Assembly (NCBI GenBank): GCA_963705725.1
Contig: CAVPKM010000016.1
Location: 73,703-137,702, forward strand
Origin: an uncultured Gammaproteobacteria bacterium
Lineage (GTDB): Bacteria > Pseudomonadota > Gammaproteobacteria > UBA6002
DNA length: 64,000 nt
Direction: 5' to 3'
Below, piece after piece: positions 1 to 12,691 of this stretch (position 1 is the first letter of the stretch; each line of letters begins with the position of its first letter). The notes beneath the pieces are model-generated. The model worked only from the letters and a program-made list of their open reading frames with translations, searched no databases and was not told the origin of the DNA. Both the position numbers and the translations under genes were made by a program.

Positions 1-63
1 GGTTATTTTTTTTGTTTTTTCAATGCTTCTGATCTTGGTTTTGATTTCTCTCCCAACTGCCAT
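1..63 (-). CDS. atpG: ATP synthase gamma subunit, N-terminus (runs off the window)
   Basis: Manual translation of 63..1 gives MAVGREIKTKIRSIEKTKKIT, a typical AtpG start, 6 bp after the atpA stop. Confidence 0.93.
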   Translation of the reverse strand, partial: MAVGREIKTKIRSIEKTKKIT

Positions 64-69
64 TTCATA

Positions 70-1623
70 CTACCATGATTGATTTTTTTTAAAATCTTGA
101 ACTGCTTCATGAAGCTTTTTACCAATCTCATCGCTGTATGAAGGATTGTCATTTATCGTTTGTAGTAAATCCCCATATTTATCATGCATAAATTGACGTA
201 ATTCTTCTTCAAAGCTGACCACTTTTTTAATTTCAACATCATCGAGATAACCTTGATCCGTGATAAATAAGCTTACCGCCATATCTGCTACTGAAAGAGG
301 AAGATATTGTTTTTGCTTGAGAATTTCAGTACTTCGTTGACCACGCTCTAATTGTTTGCGTGTTGTTTCATCAAGATCAGAAGAAAATTGAGCAAAAGCT
401 TCAAGCTCTCGATATTGCGCTTGCGCTAAACGAAGACCACCACCAAATTTTTTGATGATTTTGGTTTGTGCCGCGCCTCCGACGCGAGAAACAGAAAGTC
501 CTGCATTGATTGCTGGCCTAATGCCTGAATTAAACAAATCGGTATCTAGATAAATTTGACCATCTGTAATTGAAATAACATTAGTAGGAACAAAGGCAGA
601 AACGTCTCCTGCTTGTGTTTCAATAATAGGCAATGCGGTTAATGACCCCGTTCGTCCTTTCACCTTGCCATTTGTCATTTTTTCGACATATTCTTCATTA
701 ACACGTGCGGCCCGCTCTAAAAGTCGGGAGTGGATATAGAAAACATCTCCAGGATATGCTTCACGCCCTGGTGGCCTTTTTAGCAAAAGTGAAATTTGGC
801 GATAAGCCCAAGCTTGTTTAGAGAGATCATCATAAATAATTAAGGCATCTCTCCCACTGTCTCGAAAATATTCACCCATCGAACAACCAGCATAAGGAGC
901 AATGAATTGCAATGAGGCAGACTCAGAGGCAGAGGCTGCAACAATAATGGTGTATTCCATTGCGCCATATTCTTCAAGTTTACGAACGATATTCGCAATA
1001 GTTGAGGACTTTTGACCGATGGCTACGTAAACGCAAAATACATCCTTCCCTTTTTGATTAATAATGGTATCGATTGCAATCGCTGTTTTACCTGTTTGAC
1101 GATCACCAATAATCAGTTCTCTTTGGCCCCGACCAATTGGCACTAACGCATCAATCGACTTTAGCCCTGTTTGCAAAGGCTGGCTAACGGATTGCCGAGT
1201 AATCACACCGGGTGCAACTTTTTCGATTGGGGAAGTGAGTTCTGTTTCAATGGGACCCTTGCCATCAATTGGCAAACCCAGTGCATTGACTACTCTTCCC
1301 AGCAAAGCTTCACCCACAGGCACTTCAAGAATGCGTCCTGTACATTTTACCGTCTGACCTTCAGCAAGATGCTCATAGGGGCCGAGAATAACTGCACCTA
1401 CAGAATCACGCTCTAAGTTTAAGGCCATACCATACGTTTGACCTTCAAATTCAAGCATTTCACCATTCATCGCTTCTTCTAAGCCATGAATTTGAGCAAT
1501 ACCATCCTGTAATTTAACAATTCTACCCTGTAATGAAAATTCAGAACTTAATTTAGCGTTCTCTAAACGCTTTTGGATTAGCTCACTAATTTCAGATGGG
1601 CTTAACTGCATTTTTGTTTGCAT
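70..1623 (-). CDS. atpA: ATP synthase F1 alpha subunit
   Basis: GDRQTGKT Walker [14 protein letters not shown]; position in the atp operon. Confidence 0.99.
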   Translation of the reverse strand: MQTKMQLSPSEISELIQKRLENAKLSSEFSLQGRIVKLQDGIAQIHGLEEAMNGEMLEFEGQTYGMALNLERDSVGAVILGPYEHLAEGQTVKCTGRILEVPVGEALLGRVVNALGLPIDGKGPIETELTSPIEKVAPGVITRQSVSQPLQTGLKSIDALVPIGRGQRELIIGDRQTGKTAIAIDTIINQKGKDVFCVYVAIGQKSSTIANIVRKLEEYGAMEYTIIVAASASESASLQFIAPYAGCSMGEYFRDSGRDALIIYDDLSKQAWAYRQISLLLKRPPGREAYPGDVFYIHSRLLERAARVNEEYVEKMTNGKVKGRTGSLTALPIIETQAGDVSAFVPTNVISITDGQIYLDTDLFNSGIRPAINAGLSVSRVGGAAQTKIIKKFGGGLRLAQAQYRELEAFAQFSSDLDETTRKQLERGQRSTEILKQKQYLPLSVADMAVSLFITDQGYLDDVEIKKVVSFEEELRQFMHDKYGDLLQTINDNPSYSDEIGKKLHEAVQDFKKNQSW

Positions 1624-1638
1624 CTCGAATATTCTCCC

Positions 1639-2184
1639 CTAACTACACAAACTTTCAGAAAGCTTTTTCAATTTAGTACGTAGTGATCCATCAATAACGC
1701 GATCACCCGCATAAATAATGATACCACCCAGTAGGTTCTTATCTACCGCACACTCTAAAACGATTTGACGTTTTAAATGGTTTTGCAATGCATGAGTCAA
1801 TCGTTGCAAACGAATTTCATCAATCGGGTAAGCGCTGATCACTTTTACTTCAGCTCTCTTCTCACGCTCTGCCAAGTATTTTTCATAGCGACTAGCAATA
1901 GCCGGCAACAAGTTGAGGCGTTTTTTTTCTATTAGAATTTGAATTAAATTGGTTACCTGATGTGCCCTGCCCCCATCGATGCAAGTGACAATATCCATAA
2001 AAACAGCACTCAAATCTTTTTTCGATATCAATGGGTTATTCAATACTGTTTGCATATTTTGATCTTCAACAATTCCAGCAAGCATGGCCAGTTCTTTGGA
2101 CCAATCTTTTAAAGTCTGATTTAGCAATGCCGTTTCAAAAATCGCTTTCGCATAGGGCCTTGCAATAGTAGATAATTCAGCCAT
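1639..2184 (-). CDS. atpH: ATP synthase delta subunit
   Basis: MAELSTIARPYAKA start, LLGG..IDGSL C-terminus. Confidence 0.97.
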   Translation of the reverse strand: MAELSTIARPYAKAIFETALLNQTLKDWSKELAMLAGIVEDQNMQTVLNNPLISKKDLSAVFMDIVTCIDGGRAHQVTNLIQILIEKKRLNLLPAIASRYEKYLAEREKRAEVKVISAYPIDEIRLQRLTHALQNHLKRQIVLECAVDKNLLGGIIIYAGDRVIDGSLRTKLKKLSESLCS

Positions 2185-2186
2185 GA

Positions 2187-2657
2187 TTAAATCTCATCGA
2201 TTAACTGGTCAACCAATCGGTTATTCACTGACTCATCAACCTTTGTTTCTAAGATCTTTTCTGCAGCAGAAATGGCCATACCGGTGATTTGTTCCAATAA
2301 CTGTTGTTTAGCCGTATGCATTTCTTGATCAATTTGTTCTTTTGCAAGACCAATTAAACGTTCACCTTCCAGACGCGCCTTCTCCTTTGCTTCCTCAACC
2401 ATTCGAGTGGCACGTTGCATCGCTTGATCAATCACCTTACCCGCCTCAATCTTTGCGTCGCGAAGTTGTTCCACCGCTTTGTGCCTTGCAAGCTCCAGTT
2501 CATGATGACCTCTTTCGGCCGCTTCTAATCCAGCTGCAATTTGTTTACGGCGATCTTCAAGCGCCTTCATCATCGGAGGCCAGATATACTTCATTGTTAC
2601 CCCGACCAGAACCATAAAGGTAATCATTTGGCCCAATAAAGTAAGATTTATATTCAC
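2187..2657 (-). CDS. atpF: ATP synthase F0 subunit b
   Basis: MNINLTLLGQMITF..KYIWPP membrane anchor followed by a coiled coil; 156 aa. Confidence 0.98.
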   Translation of the reverse strand: MNINLTLLGQMITFMVLVGVTMKYIWPPMMKALEDRRKQIAAGLEAAERGHHELELARHKAVEQLRDAKIEAGKVIDQAMQRATRMVEEAKEKARLEGERLIGLAKEQIDQEMHTAKQQLLEQITGMAISAAEKILETKVDESVNNRLVDQLIDEI

Positions 2658-2678
2658 GGTCGTGACCCCTAATTAAAT

Positions 2679-3023
<345 letters not shown>

Positions 3024-3038
3024 TCACCTTGTCTAAGG

Positions 3039-3080
3039 GTAACTATTCAGCACAAATGCTAGAAGCCGCCGAGTAGTTAC
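3039..3080. repeat. Family A miniature palindromic element, internally deleted copy (42 bp)
   Basis: GTAACTATTCAGCACAAATGCTAGAAG...GAGTAGTTAC; its first ~27 nt are the near-exact reverse complement of the right end of the 12692-12863 element. Confidence 0.8.
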
Positions 3081-3082
3081 CT

Positions 3083-4293
<1,211 letters not shown>

Positions 4294-4353
4294 CTCAATG
4301 CCATCAAACCTGGCGGAGTATATTATATTTTTTTATTCAGGACAACCGGTTAC

Positions 4354-5262
4354 TTACTTATTCTGGTTATCGCTATCCAGATGCTGCAAGATAGTGTCGA
4401 GTTGTGTTTTTGATTTATAATGAACAATTAATTTGCCTTTATTTTCATCTTTATTCTTGATGGTTACTCTTGCGCCAAGACGTTTACTGAGCGATTTTTC
4501 GATTTGAACCAGATTTTGATCCCTTTCTACACGAATAGGAATATCATAAAGATTAATTAACCGACGAATATAAAGTTCTGTCTCTCGAACCGACATGCCT
4601 TTTAAAACTATTTGCGCTGCAACTTGACACTGTCTTTCTTCATCAAGTGATAACAATGCTCTTGCATGACCCATTTCTATCTCGCCTTTTTCGACCATCC
4701 GCTTGACTTCAGGGGGCAATACCAACAATCGCAACAAGTTACTAATTGTGGCCCGAGATTTGCCTACTATAGTTGCGATTTGTTGATGAGTGAGTGAAAA
4801 TTCTTGACTCAAGCGATGCAGGGCCATCGCTTCTTCAATAGCATTCAGATCTTCTCTTTGAATATTTTCAATTAACGCTACTGCAATCGCGGCTTCATCT
4901 GGAATTTCTTTGATTAAAGCAGGGATTTCTTTTAATCCTGCTAGTTGAGCTGCACGCCAACGCCTTTCCCCAGCTACGATTTCATATTTATCATTTCCAA
5001 CTAAGCGAATAACAATGGGTTGAATTATGCCTTGTGATCGAATGGATTCGGCAAGTTCTTCTAATCCGGTAGAATCTACATCCCGTCTTGGTTGGTACTT
5101 TCCTGGTTGAATCCTATCGAGGGGTACCTGCTTCAAATCGGATTCTTGCAGCTGGTTAGTCTTGGGTTTTTCCTGCGTATTTTCAGATGTCATGCGACTG
5201 AGTAATTCATTTAAACCCAGGTCATGCAAACTGCGACCCAGGCCTCTTTTTTTAACCGACAT
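4354..5262 (-). CDS. parB: Chromosome partitioning protein ParB
   Basis: GLGRSL N-terminus, QPR, AGERRWRA, ENIQREDL, HTH. Confidence 0.98.
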   Translation of the reverse strand: MSVKKRGLGRSLHDLGLNELLSRMTSENTQEKPKTNQLQESDLKQVPLDRIQPGKYQPRRDVDSTGLEELAESIRSQGIIQPIVIRLVGNDKYEIVAGERRWRAAQLAGLKEIPALIKEIPDEAAIAVALIENIQREDLNAIEEAMALHRLSQEFSLTHQQIATIVGKSRATISNLLRLLVLPPEVKRMVEKGEIEMGHARALLSLDEERQCQVAAQIVLKGMSVRETELYIRRLINLYDIPIRVERDQNLVQIEKSLSKRLGARVTIKNKDENKGKLIVHYKSKTQLDTILQHLDSDNQNK

Positions 5263-6040
5263 TAACTGCTTCCTCCTGGGTCATCCGCCTGCGAATTAAT
5301 TCACCTGCTAATGCGAGATAGGCTGCCGCGCCTTGCGATTTATCATCGTAAAGTATAATAGGCAATCCATGACTCGGTGCTTCTGCCAAGCGTACATTTC
5401 TTGGAATAACTGTTTGAAATATTTTGTCTTTAAATAAATGGCTTAATTGCTCTGACACTTCGACGGTCAAACGATTTCGACCATCATACATGGTACGGAG
5501 CAATCCTTCGATTTTCAAAGTAGGATTAACCGATTGCTGTAGTTGCTCAATCGTTGTTAATAATCCCGCTAAACCTTCCATCGCATAGTATTCACATTGC
5601 ATAGGAATAAGGACTGAATCGGCTGCAACCAGTGCGTTTACAGTCAACATATTGAGAGCAGGTGGACAATCGATAATAATGAAATCATAAGCATCTAACA
5701 GTATGGCTAAACTTTCTTTAAGAAAATACTCGCGGTTTTCCTCTTTAAGCAAGCGAATTTCTGCGACAGTCAACAAATGATTAGCAGGAATCATATCATA
5801 ATTCCCTGATGTCTTTTGTCTTACCTCTAATAAGGTATTCTCTTTCAGCAATACTTGATTTATTGTCAATGACTCGGGAGTGAGCTTAATTCCGCTTCCT
5901 ACGGTGGCATTGCCTTGAGGATCCAAATCGATGAGTAATATACGACGTTTCGTCGCAGCAAGAGAGGCAGCAAGATTAACAGATGTAGTGGTTTTCCCAA
6001 CGCCACCTTTTTGATTAGCAACTGCAATCACCTTATTCAT
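5252..6040 (-). CDS. parA: Chromosome partitioning ATPase ParA/Soj
   Basis: NQKGGVGKTT deviant Walker A, DLDPQGNAT, DCPP. Confidence 0.98.
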   Translation of the reverse strand: MNKVIAVANQKGGVGKTTTSVNLAASLAATKRRILLIDLDPQGNATVGSGIKLTPESLTINQVLLKENTLLEVRQKTSGNYDMIPANHLLTVAEIRLLKEENREYFLKESLAILLDAYDFIIIDCPPALNMLTVNALVAADSVLIPMQCEYYAMEGLAGLLTTIEQLQQSVNPTLKIEGLLRTMYDGRNRLTVEVSEQLSHLFKDKIFQTVIPRNVRLAEAPSHGLPIILYDDKSQGAAAYLALAGELIRRRMTQEEAVNVG

Positions 6041-6666
6041 TAATCTACCCTTATGCGAACTAAATGGCGCCTCTCATCAAGAAACGGAATAATTAAGCGA
6101 TGAACTTTAGCACGATTAGGTAGATTTTGCAGCTCTGCTTGCGGATAGGCTCCTTTCATAATCAATAATTCGCCGTCATGGCAAAGTAATTTTTTGGTCA
6201 CTTGCAGTATGTTTTCGATAGAAGAATAGGCCCTAGCAGTGATGCAATCAAAACAAAAAGCGGGCTGATATTTTTCAATTCGATTTTGAACAATCTCCAC
6301 ATTATGAATACCTAACTCAGCTGCCGCCTGCGTTAAAAATCTTGTCTTCTTACCATTGCTATCTAGTAATACCACTTGAACCTGTTCTTTTATTAAAGCA
6401 CATGGTAGCCCAGGAAATCCTGCTCCTGAACCCACATCAAGCAAGCGCGTGCCATGGAGAAAGGCAATAATGCTGAGACTATCAAGAATATGATGAGTAA
6501 TAATTTCGTTAGGTTCGGTAATGGCGGTGAGATTGAATACTTTATTCCATTTTATTAGAAGCTGCATATATTGCATAAGCTTTTCTGCGTTAACTTCTGT
6601 GATGGTTAACCCTAATTGCTCGATTCCCAAATAAAGTTTAGCTAACAATCGGTTGTAATTTTGCAT
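6040..6666 (-). CDS. rsmG: 16S rRNA m7G527 methyltransferase
   Basis: [26 protein letters not shown]; downstream of mnmG. Confidence 0.97.
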   Translation of the reverse strand: MQNYNRLLAKLYLGIEQLGLTITEVNAEKLMQYMQLLIKWNKVFNLTAITEPNEIITHHILDSLSIIAFLHGTRLLDVGSGAGFPGLPCALIKEQVQVVLLDSNGKKTRFLTQAAAELGIHNVEIVQNRIEKYQPAFCFDCITARAYSSIENILQVTKKLLCHDGELLIMKGAYPQAELQNLPNRAKVHRLIIPFLDERRHLVRIRVD

Positions 6667-8521
6667 GTTTTTTAATATGTATCAGCAACAACGAAATTGC
6701 CGCAGGAGTGACCCCTGGAATGCGAGAAGCTTGTCCAATTGTGGTAGGTTTAATCAAATTTAATTTTTGTTTCACTTCATTTGACAACCCTGGCACTTTT
6801 TCAAAATCCATCCGCTTTGGAATAGGGGTATTTTCATTTTTACGTTGTCTTTGTATTTCTTCCTCTTGGCGCTTGATATAACCTTCATATTTCGCTTGTA
6901 TTTCGACCTGAGTCGCCACCTCCTGATCTAATACTTTTTCAATCCCCACTAATGAAATTAAATTTTCATATTTCGCTTCAGGTCGTTTCAATAAATCTAT
7001 TATTCGATATTCGCGCTCAAGTGGTTTTCCAAATAATTCGCCAAGCTTTAAACTATTTTCATGATTTGGTCTTACCCAGATTGAGTGAAGGCGGGTAATT
7101 TCGTTATTTAATGTGGTTTGTTTATGCTCAAATCGTTGCCAACGCTTATCATCCACTAACCCCAACTCTCTTCCAATAGGAGTTAACCGAAGATCTGCAT
7201 TGTCTTCTCTTAAAGTTAACCGATATTCTGCTCGGCTAGTAAACATTCGATAAGGTTCTTGTGTACCCGCTGTGATGAGATCATCAATTAACACGCCAAT
7301 ATAAGCCTCGTCTCTTTTCGGATACCAGCCAGCTAATCCTTTAGCACGACGCGCCGCATTAAGTCCTGCAATTAAACCTTGTGCACCCGCCTCTTCATAC
7401 CCGGTTGTTCCGTTAATCTGTCCTGCAAAATATAAACCAGCAATCTTTTTTGTTTCTAAGTAAGGAGAAAGATCTCGCGGATCAAAAAAATCATATTCAA
7501 TCGCATATCCTGGACGGGTAATATGGGCATTTTCTAAGCCAACAATTGAGTGAATAAATTTTTCTTGAACGTCAAAAGGTAGGCTGGTAGAAACGCCATT
7601 TGGATAAACTTCATGAGTAGAAAGCCCTTCTGGTTCAATAAAAATTTGATGGCTTAATTTGTCCGCAAAACGCACAACTTTATCTTCAATTGACGGACAA
7701 TATCGTGGCCCAACTCCTTCTATTACACCGGTATACATGGGTGAACGGTCAAAATTTTCCAGGATGTAGGCATGAGTTTTTTCATTAGTTTGAGTAATAT
7801 AGCAGTTAATTTGCGCAGGATGTGCAGGGATATTTAGAAAAGAAAAATGGGGAATAGGTGTGTCGCCGGGTTGAACCTGCAACTTGGTGTAATCAATGGT
7901 CCTACCATCTAAACGTGGCGGCGTACCTGTTTTGAGGCGATTGACTCGAAAAGGTAATTCACGAAGGCGTGCTGCCAAGGATAACGAAGGAGAATCTCCC
8001 GCCCTTCCACCTTGATGATTTTCAAGCCCAATATGAATTTTTCCATTCAAAAATGTACCAGCGGTTAGGACGACTTGCCTTGCATAGAAGGCTACACCCA
8101 TCTCTGTTTTTACCCCTACTACTTGATCACCTTCTAATAAAATATCCTCAACGGGTTGTTGAAAAATTCTAAGATTTGGTTGGCTTTCAAGTTTAGATCT
8201 GATTGCTCGCTTATAAAGCATGCGATCTGCCTGTGCCCGTGTTGCTTGAACTGCCGGGCCCTTGCTTGAATTAAGGATTCTAAAATGAATACCCGCTTCA
8301 TCAATCGCTTCAGCCATCACACCGCCTAGGGCATCGATTTCTTTCACCAGCTGTCCCTTGCCAAGACCACCAATAGCAGGATTACAAGACATTTGGCCGA
8401 TTGTTTCAATATTATGTGTCAATAATAAAGTATTCGCACCCAGCCTAGCAGCAGCTGAAGCAGCTTCAGTTCCAGCGTGACCGCCGCCAACAATAATTAC
8501 ATCAAAATGGTAAATTGACAT
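6638..8521 (-). CDS. mnmG: tRNA U34 modification enzyme MnmG (GidA)
   Basis: [38 protein letters not shown]. Confidence 0.99.
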   Translation of the reverse strand: MSIYHFDVIIVGGGHAGTEAASAAARLGANTLLLTHNIETIGQMSCNPAIGGLGKGQLVKEIDALGGVMAEAIDEAGIHFRILNSSKGPAVQATRAQADRMLYKRAIRSKLESQPNLRIFQQPVEDILLEGDQVVGVKTEMGVAFYARQVVLTAGTFLNGKIHIGLENHQGGRAGDSPSLSLAARLRELPFRVNRLKTGTPPRLDGRTIDYTKLQVQPGDTPIPHFSFLNIPAHPAQINCYITQTNEKTHAYILENFDRSPMYTGVIEGVGPRYCPSIEDKVVRFADKLSHQIFIEPEGLSTHEVYPNGVSTSLPFDVQEKFIHSIVGLENAHITRPGYAIEYDFFDPRDLSPYLETKKIAGLYFAGQINGTTGYEEAGAQGLIAGLNAARRAKGLAGWYPKRDEAYIGVLIDDLITAGTQEPYRMFTSRAEYRLTLREDNADLRLTPIGRELGLVDDKRWQRFEHKQTTLNNEITRLHSIWVRPNHENSLKLGELFGKPLEREYRIIDLLKRPEAKYENLISLVGIEKVLDQEVATQVEIQAKYEGYIKRQEEEIQRQRKNENTPIPKRMDFEKVPGLSNEVKQKLNLIKPTTIGQASRIPGVTPAAISLLLIHIKKHAKLQPIVS

Positions 8522-8524
8522 TTA

Positions 8525-9874
8525 TCACTTTCCTATGCAGAAAGAAGAAAAAATTTCACCTAATAAATCATCTGCCGTAAAAATTCCGGTAATTTCAGAT
8601 AAAGCTTGCTGTGCATTGCGAAGTTCTTCCGCTAGAAGTTCTCCTGCAGTCAATTGTGCCGTTGCCTCCTGAAAATGTTGTAATGCACGTATTAAGGCAT
8701 TGAGATGTCGACTCCTCGCACTAAAGAGCGTATTTTCACAGGTATATCCCATGCATTTTTTTAGATGAGCTTTTAAAAGCGGTAAACCTAAGGCCGTTTT
8801 AGCTGAAATCTGAATCACTGGTAGATTTAATTTTTCAAGCTGATAACTAATTGCAGATTCTTCTGTTAAATCAATTTTATTTTTAACAATTATAAGGCGA
8901 TCGAAATGATCGCTGAATTGTTGTACCAAGGGATGATTTTCAAAATTAAACTGATCCTCTTGTGCATCTAAAATTAGCAATATTCTATCTGCATTGGATA
9001 TTTCATTCAGCGCGCGATTGACTCCTTCTAATTCAATTGCATCTTCTGTTTGACGTAAACCTGCTGTATCTAATAAATACAATGGCATCCCATCTATCAG
9101 GATGGTCTCACGAATAACATCTCGAGTGGTTCCTGCTGTGCTACTCACAATGGCTGCATCAATACCAGCTAGCGCATTCAACAGGCTCGATTTGCCTGCA
9201 TTAGGATGCCCAACAATCACTACCTTCATCCCCTCTTTCAAGGTAGCACCTTGTCTTGCTTCTGCCAAAATAGTGCGGGTTTGCGAAATCAATTCTTCAA
9301 GTTTTTCTTTAATTCTTCCCTCTGACAAAAAATCGACTTCTTCTTCAGGAAAATCAATTGCAGCTTCGACATAAGTACGTAAACGCGTAACCGCCTCAAC
9401 TAGGGTAGTAATTTTTCTTGAAAAAACTCCCTGCAACGACCTCATCGCACTACGCGCTGCTTCTTGCGATTGGGCAGCAATCACATCTGCAGTGGCTTCT
9501 GCTTGAGTAAGATCCATTTTTCCGTTTAAAAAAGCTCTTTCAGTAAATTCTCCTGGACGAGCAAGGCGTGCACCAAGCTCAATGACTCGTTGTAATACTA
9601 AGTCCAAGATAAAAACACCACCATGCCCATGCAATTCAAGCACGTCTTCTCCGGTAAAAGAATGCGGTTTATTGAAGAATATCGCGAGTCCTTCATCAAG
9701 GATATGATTTTCACCATCTACAAAACGGGCAAAAGTGGCATGCCTAGGATCCGGAATTTCACCTAAAATCGCCTTAGCAATGGGCTGACAAAGTTGTCCA
9801 GAAATTCTTATAATTCCTACTCCGCCCATGCCAGAAGCTGTAGCACGAGCGGCAATTGTATCACTAGACGACAC
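8525..9874 (-). CDS. mnmE: tRNA modification GTPase MnmE
   Basis: GHPNAGKSS, GTTRD, DTAG, NKID, C-terminal FCIGK. Confidence 0.99.
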   Translation of the reverse strand: MSSSDTIAARATASGMGGVGIIRISGQLCQPIAKAILGEIPDPRHATFARFVDGENHILDEGLAIFFNKPHSFTGEDVLELHGHGGVFILDLVLQRVIELGARLARPGEFTERAFLNGKMDLTQAEATADVIAAQSQEAARSAMRSLQGVFSRKITTLVEAVTRLRTYVEAAIDFPEEEVDFLSEGRIKEKLEELISQTRTILAEARQGATLKEGMKVVIVGHPNAGKSSLLNALAGIDAAIVSSTAGTTRDVIRETILIDGMPLYLLDTAGLRQTEDAIELEGVNRALNEISNADRILLILDAQEDQFNFENHPLVQQFSDHFDRLIIVKNKIDLTEESAISYQLEKLNLPVIQISAKTALGLPLLKAHLKKCMGYTCENTLFSARSRHLNALIRALQHFQEATAQLTAGELLAEELRNAQQALSEITGIFTADDLLGEIFSSFCIGK

Positions 9875-11528
9875 GCGGAGCCTTTATTGGCTTTCTTTTA
9901 CCGGCATTTTCAACTTTTCGCATAATGTACCATTGTTGCAAAATGGATAAACAGTTATTCACAATCCAATATAACACTAAGCCAGCAGGAAAACTGACGA
10001 ATAAAATGGTGAACACCACGGGAAATAGCATCATGATTTTAGCTTGAACCGGATCGGGTGGTGGAGGATTAAGCTTTTGCTGCACCATCCAACTTAACCC
10101 CATTAAAATAGGTAATACATAGTAAGGATCTTTCACCGATAAGTCATGTATCCAGAAAATAAAAGGCGCCTGCCTTAATTGTACGCTTTCAATTAAGACA
10201 TAATACAAAGCAATGAACACAGGAATCTGGATAATCATCGGCAAGCAACCACCTAAGGGATTGACTTTTTCTTTCCGATAAAGCTCCATGGTGGCTTGAC
10301 TGAGTTTCGCGCGATCGTCTGCATAACGCTCTTTCAAAGCCAATAAATTTGGCTGTAAATTACGCATCCTCGCCATTGATCGATAGCTGGTTTCAGAAAG
10401 TTTGTAAAACAACAGCTTGATGAATACAGTGACCAAGATAATCGCAAGCCCCCAGTTATGCACAAAGCGATAAATGAGATCCATGATTTTAAAAATGGGG
10501 TCTGAAAATATCCAAAGCCAACCATAATCAATGACTAAATCTAAATGCGGAGCAACTTGTTGTAGATTATTTTTTAGTTCTGGACCTGAATAAAGTTTGG
10601 TACTAAAAGTTTGGTCTCCCTTTGCCGGAATCTTCACCTCTGGAGTTTCAAAGCCAACAGTGTAAATACGATCCACGGGCTTATTTGTCTCTCCTATGGC
10701 TTGCGTTTTACTATAGTATCGCAATGTTTCATCGGCAGGGGGTACCCAGGCGCTTGCGAAATAGCGCTGCTGCATCGCTATCCAGCCTCCTTTAATCATG
10801 CGATCCAAATTTTCTTTATCTAATTTACTGTAACTTAGCTTCTCATAAGGTGTTTGTGGACTAGAAATCGCGGCACCGGAATAGGTATGCAGTCCTAACA
10901 TATTTCCGCCATCAGAGATGCCTCTTCTAGTGATATCTGTCTTCATTACCACGTTAAGCGGAGTGTTTGATCGATTTACCAGCGAATAATTCACGCTAAT
11001 GTCATATTTTCCTGGCTTAAAAACATAGGTTTTCTGAATAGTTTTTTCTTTATCCTTCCAGGTTAATACCACAGAAAGTTCCTTACTATCTGGGGCAAGA
11101 CGATAATGCATTTGAGGTGAGGTAAATAGTAATTGTTGAGTGTTTTGATCATTATTCAAAACTAGATTATTTTGTGCTGCATAGTACTGACTGGGGTTTT
11201 CAGTGAGTAAGGTTACGGGAGTATTGGGAGTTTCATAAGCAACAGGATAATCAGGCAGCTGCAAAGAAATAATATTGCCACCTAATTTATCAATTTTGAC
11301 AGCTAATGTATCGGTATTCACTTCTATCGTTCGGTCCTGAGAAGAGGAAACGGGTTGTGTTGAAATTGTTGTAGCTTGCTGCTGTTGATGCGCAGAAGCA
11401 GGCACTGCCGCGATATGATTAAAACTTACCTCAGCTTGAGGCTTTGGATAATCTTTTTGCCAAGCGGTCCAGAATAAAAACCCTACAATGGCAAGTGAAA
11501 AATAAAGGAGAATTTTTTTATCGAACAT
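9864..11528 (-). CDS. yidC: Membrane protein insertase YidC
   Basis: DYGW, NWGLAII, NPLGGCLP, GLVLYW. Confidence 0.98.
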   Translation of the reverse strand: MFDKKILLYFSLAIVGFLFWTAWQKDYPKPQAEVSFNHIAAVPASAHQQQQATTISTQPVSSSQDRTIEVNTDTLAVKIDKLGGNIISLQLPDYPVAYETPNTPVTLLTENPSQYYAAQNNLVLNNDQNTQQLLFTSPQMHYRLAPDSKELSVVLTWKDKEKTIQKTYVFKPGKYDISVNYSLVNRSNTPLNVVMKTDITRRGISDGGNMLGLHTYSGAAISSPQTPYEKLSYSKLDKENLDRMIKGGWIAMQQRYFASAWVPPADETLRYYSKTQAIGETNKPVDRIYTVGFETPEVKIPAKGDQTFSTKLYSGPELKNNLQQVAPHLDLVIDYGWLWIFSDPIFKIMDLIYRFVHNWGLAIILVTVFIKLLFYKLSETSYRSMARMRNLQPNLLALKERYADDRAKLSQATMELYRKEKVNPLGGCLPMIIQIPVFIALYYVLIESVQLRQAPFIFWIHDLSVKDPYYVLPILMGLSWMVQQKLNPPPPDPVQAKIMMLFPVVFTILFVSFPAGLVLYWIVNNCLSILQQWYIMRKVENAGKRKPIKAPRVV

Positions 11529-11808
11529 GACTTTTTACTTTTGAGTGATTAATAAATTTATTTGCAATAACGGGGTCGTACCCACCAGGACCAAATGGAT
11601 GACAACGTAGTAATCGCCATGTAATTAACATGACTGCTTTAACCAGATGATGGGTTTCGAGCGCCTCAATGGCATAATCCGAACAAGAGGGAAAAAACCG
11701 GCATCGATGCCCTATTAATGGGCTAACCACATACTGATAGCCACGTAGACTACCAATCACTCCTTTCCGAAGTATCTGATTAGCTTTTCCCACACAATAT
11801 CTAAACAT
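11518..11808 (-). CDS. yidD: Membrane protein insertion efficiency factor YidD
   Basis: CRFFPSCSDYA, RLLRCHPF..GGYDP. Confidence 0.95.
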   Translation of the reverse strand: MFRYCVGKANQILRKGVIGSLRGYQYVVSPLIGHRCRFFPSCSDYAIEALETHHLVKAVMLITWRLLRCHPFGPGGYDPVIANKFINHSKVKSHVR

Positions 11809-12122
11809 GCTTTGATCTCAAGGTTATTCTGCAAAGACGTATCGAAGTAAACTTGAAACACCATATCAAGGTGGATCATCTGTTTATGATTCCATTGCCT
11901 AAAACTTTCCCTGATTATTCTTTTGATTCGATTGCGATCAACTGCCAGGCGCACTTGCTTTTTAGGTATGGAAATACCAACTCGACTATGAGTTTGTTCA
12001 TTTCTACAAACTAGTGCGGTTATTCCTTGATACCGAAATTTCTTGGATTGCTTGAAGACTCGCTGAAAACTTGTAGCGTGACTTAACCTTACTTCCCTAG
12101 GAAAGGTATGCTTTTTAAGCAC
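11757..12122 (-). CDS. rnpA: RNase P protein subunit
   Basis: [16 protein letters not shown] motif; between rpmH and yidD. Confidence 0.96.
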   Translation of the reverse strand: MLKKHTFPREVRLSHATSFQRVFKQSKKFRYQGITALVCRNEQTHSRVGISIPKKQVRLAVDRNRIKRIIRESFRQWNHKQMIHLDMVFQVYFDTSLQNNLEIKACLDIVWEKLIRYFGKE

Positions 12123-12249
12123 TTAGACGTTTTCTACCCTTGCTTCTTCGATTTTTTATTACTTGCCGGCCTTTAGCCGTTGCCATTCTGGCTAAAAAGC
12201 CATGCACGCGTTTTCGTTTCAAGTTACTTGGCTGAAAGGTTCTTTTCAT
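12115..12249 (-). CDS. rpmH: 50S ribosomal protein L34 (start corrected to the ATG at 12249)
   Basis: [29 protein letters not shown], 44 aa. Confidence 0.99.
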   Translation of the reverse strand: MKRTFQPSNLKRKRVHGFLARMATAKGRQVIKNRRSKGRKRLSA

Positions 12250-12394
12250 AACGTATCTCTTAATTTCAGATAAAACACTTAAGGATAACAGGATGAAAAA
12301 ATTTTTCAACAGAAGAATGGCAAGAAGTATTTACTCATCTTGCGCATGACCAAGCGCCTATCATGCTCGTAAAGAAGGTATCCATCCATTAACT

Positions 12395-12600
12395 AAGCAA
12401 CAATAATAATTATAATTATATATATTATTGTTGTTATTAAGTGAATGTTTTTTGTGGATAACTTTATTTATTTAAACTAAATCAAATAGTTACAAACGAT
12501 TTAAGCGTTTTATCCTTGTGGATAATCAGGGGGCGAACACTTAACAACATTGTGATAAGTTTACTGTGAACAAAGCGACTACAATTTACTAACAGAAAAA
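12395..12600. other. Chromosomal replication origin oriC
   Basis: Perfect DnaA boxes TGTGGATAA at 12453-12461 and 12517-12525; degenerate boxes at 12541-12549 and 12565-12573; IHF consensus AATCAAATAGTTA at 12480-12492; AT-rich unwinding tract at ~12398-12440; upstream of rpmH. Confidence 0.85.
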
Positions 12601-12613
12601 TAACAAGATATCC

Positions 12614-12645
12614 TATACACTCTCATCAAATCACGAATGGGTATA
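12614..12645. repeat. Possible family B footprint
   Basis: TATACAC...TCACGAATGGGTATA resembles the family B right end TTCACAAAGGGTATA. Confidence 0.4.
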
Positions 12646-12691
12646 TTGCTCCCAAGGCTCTGGTGCAATCACTAGCCTTCTGGTATATTTT

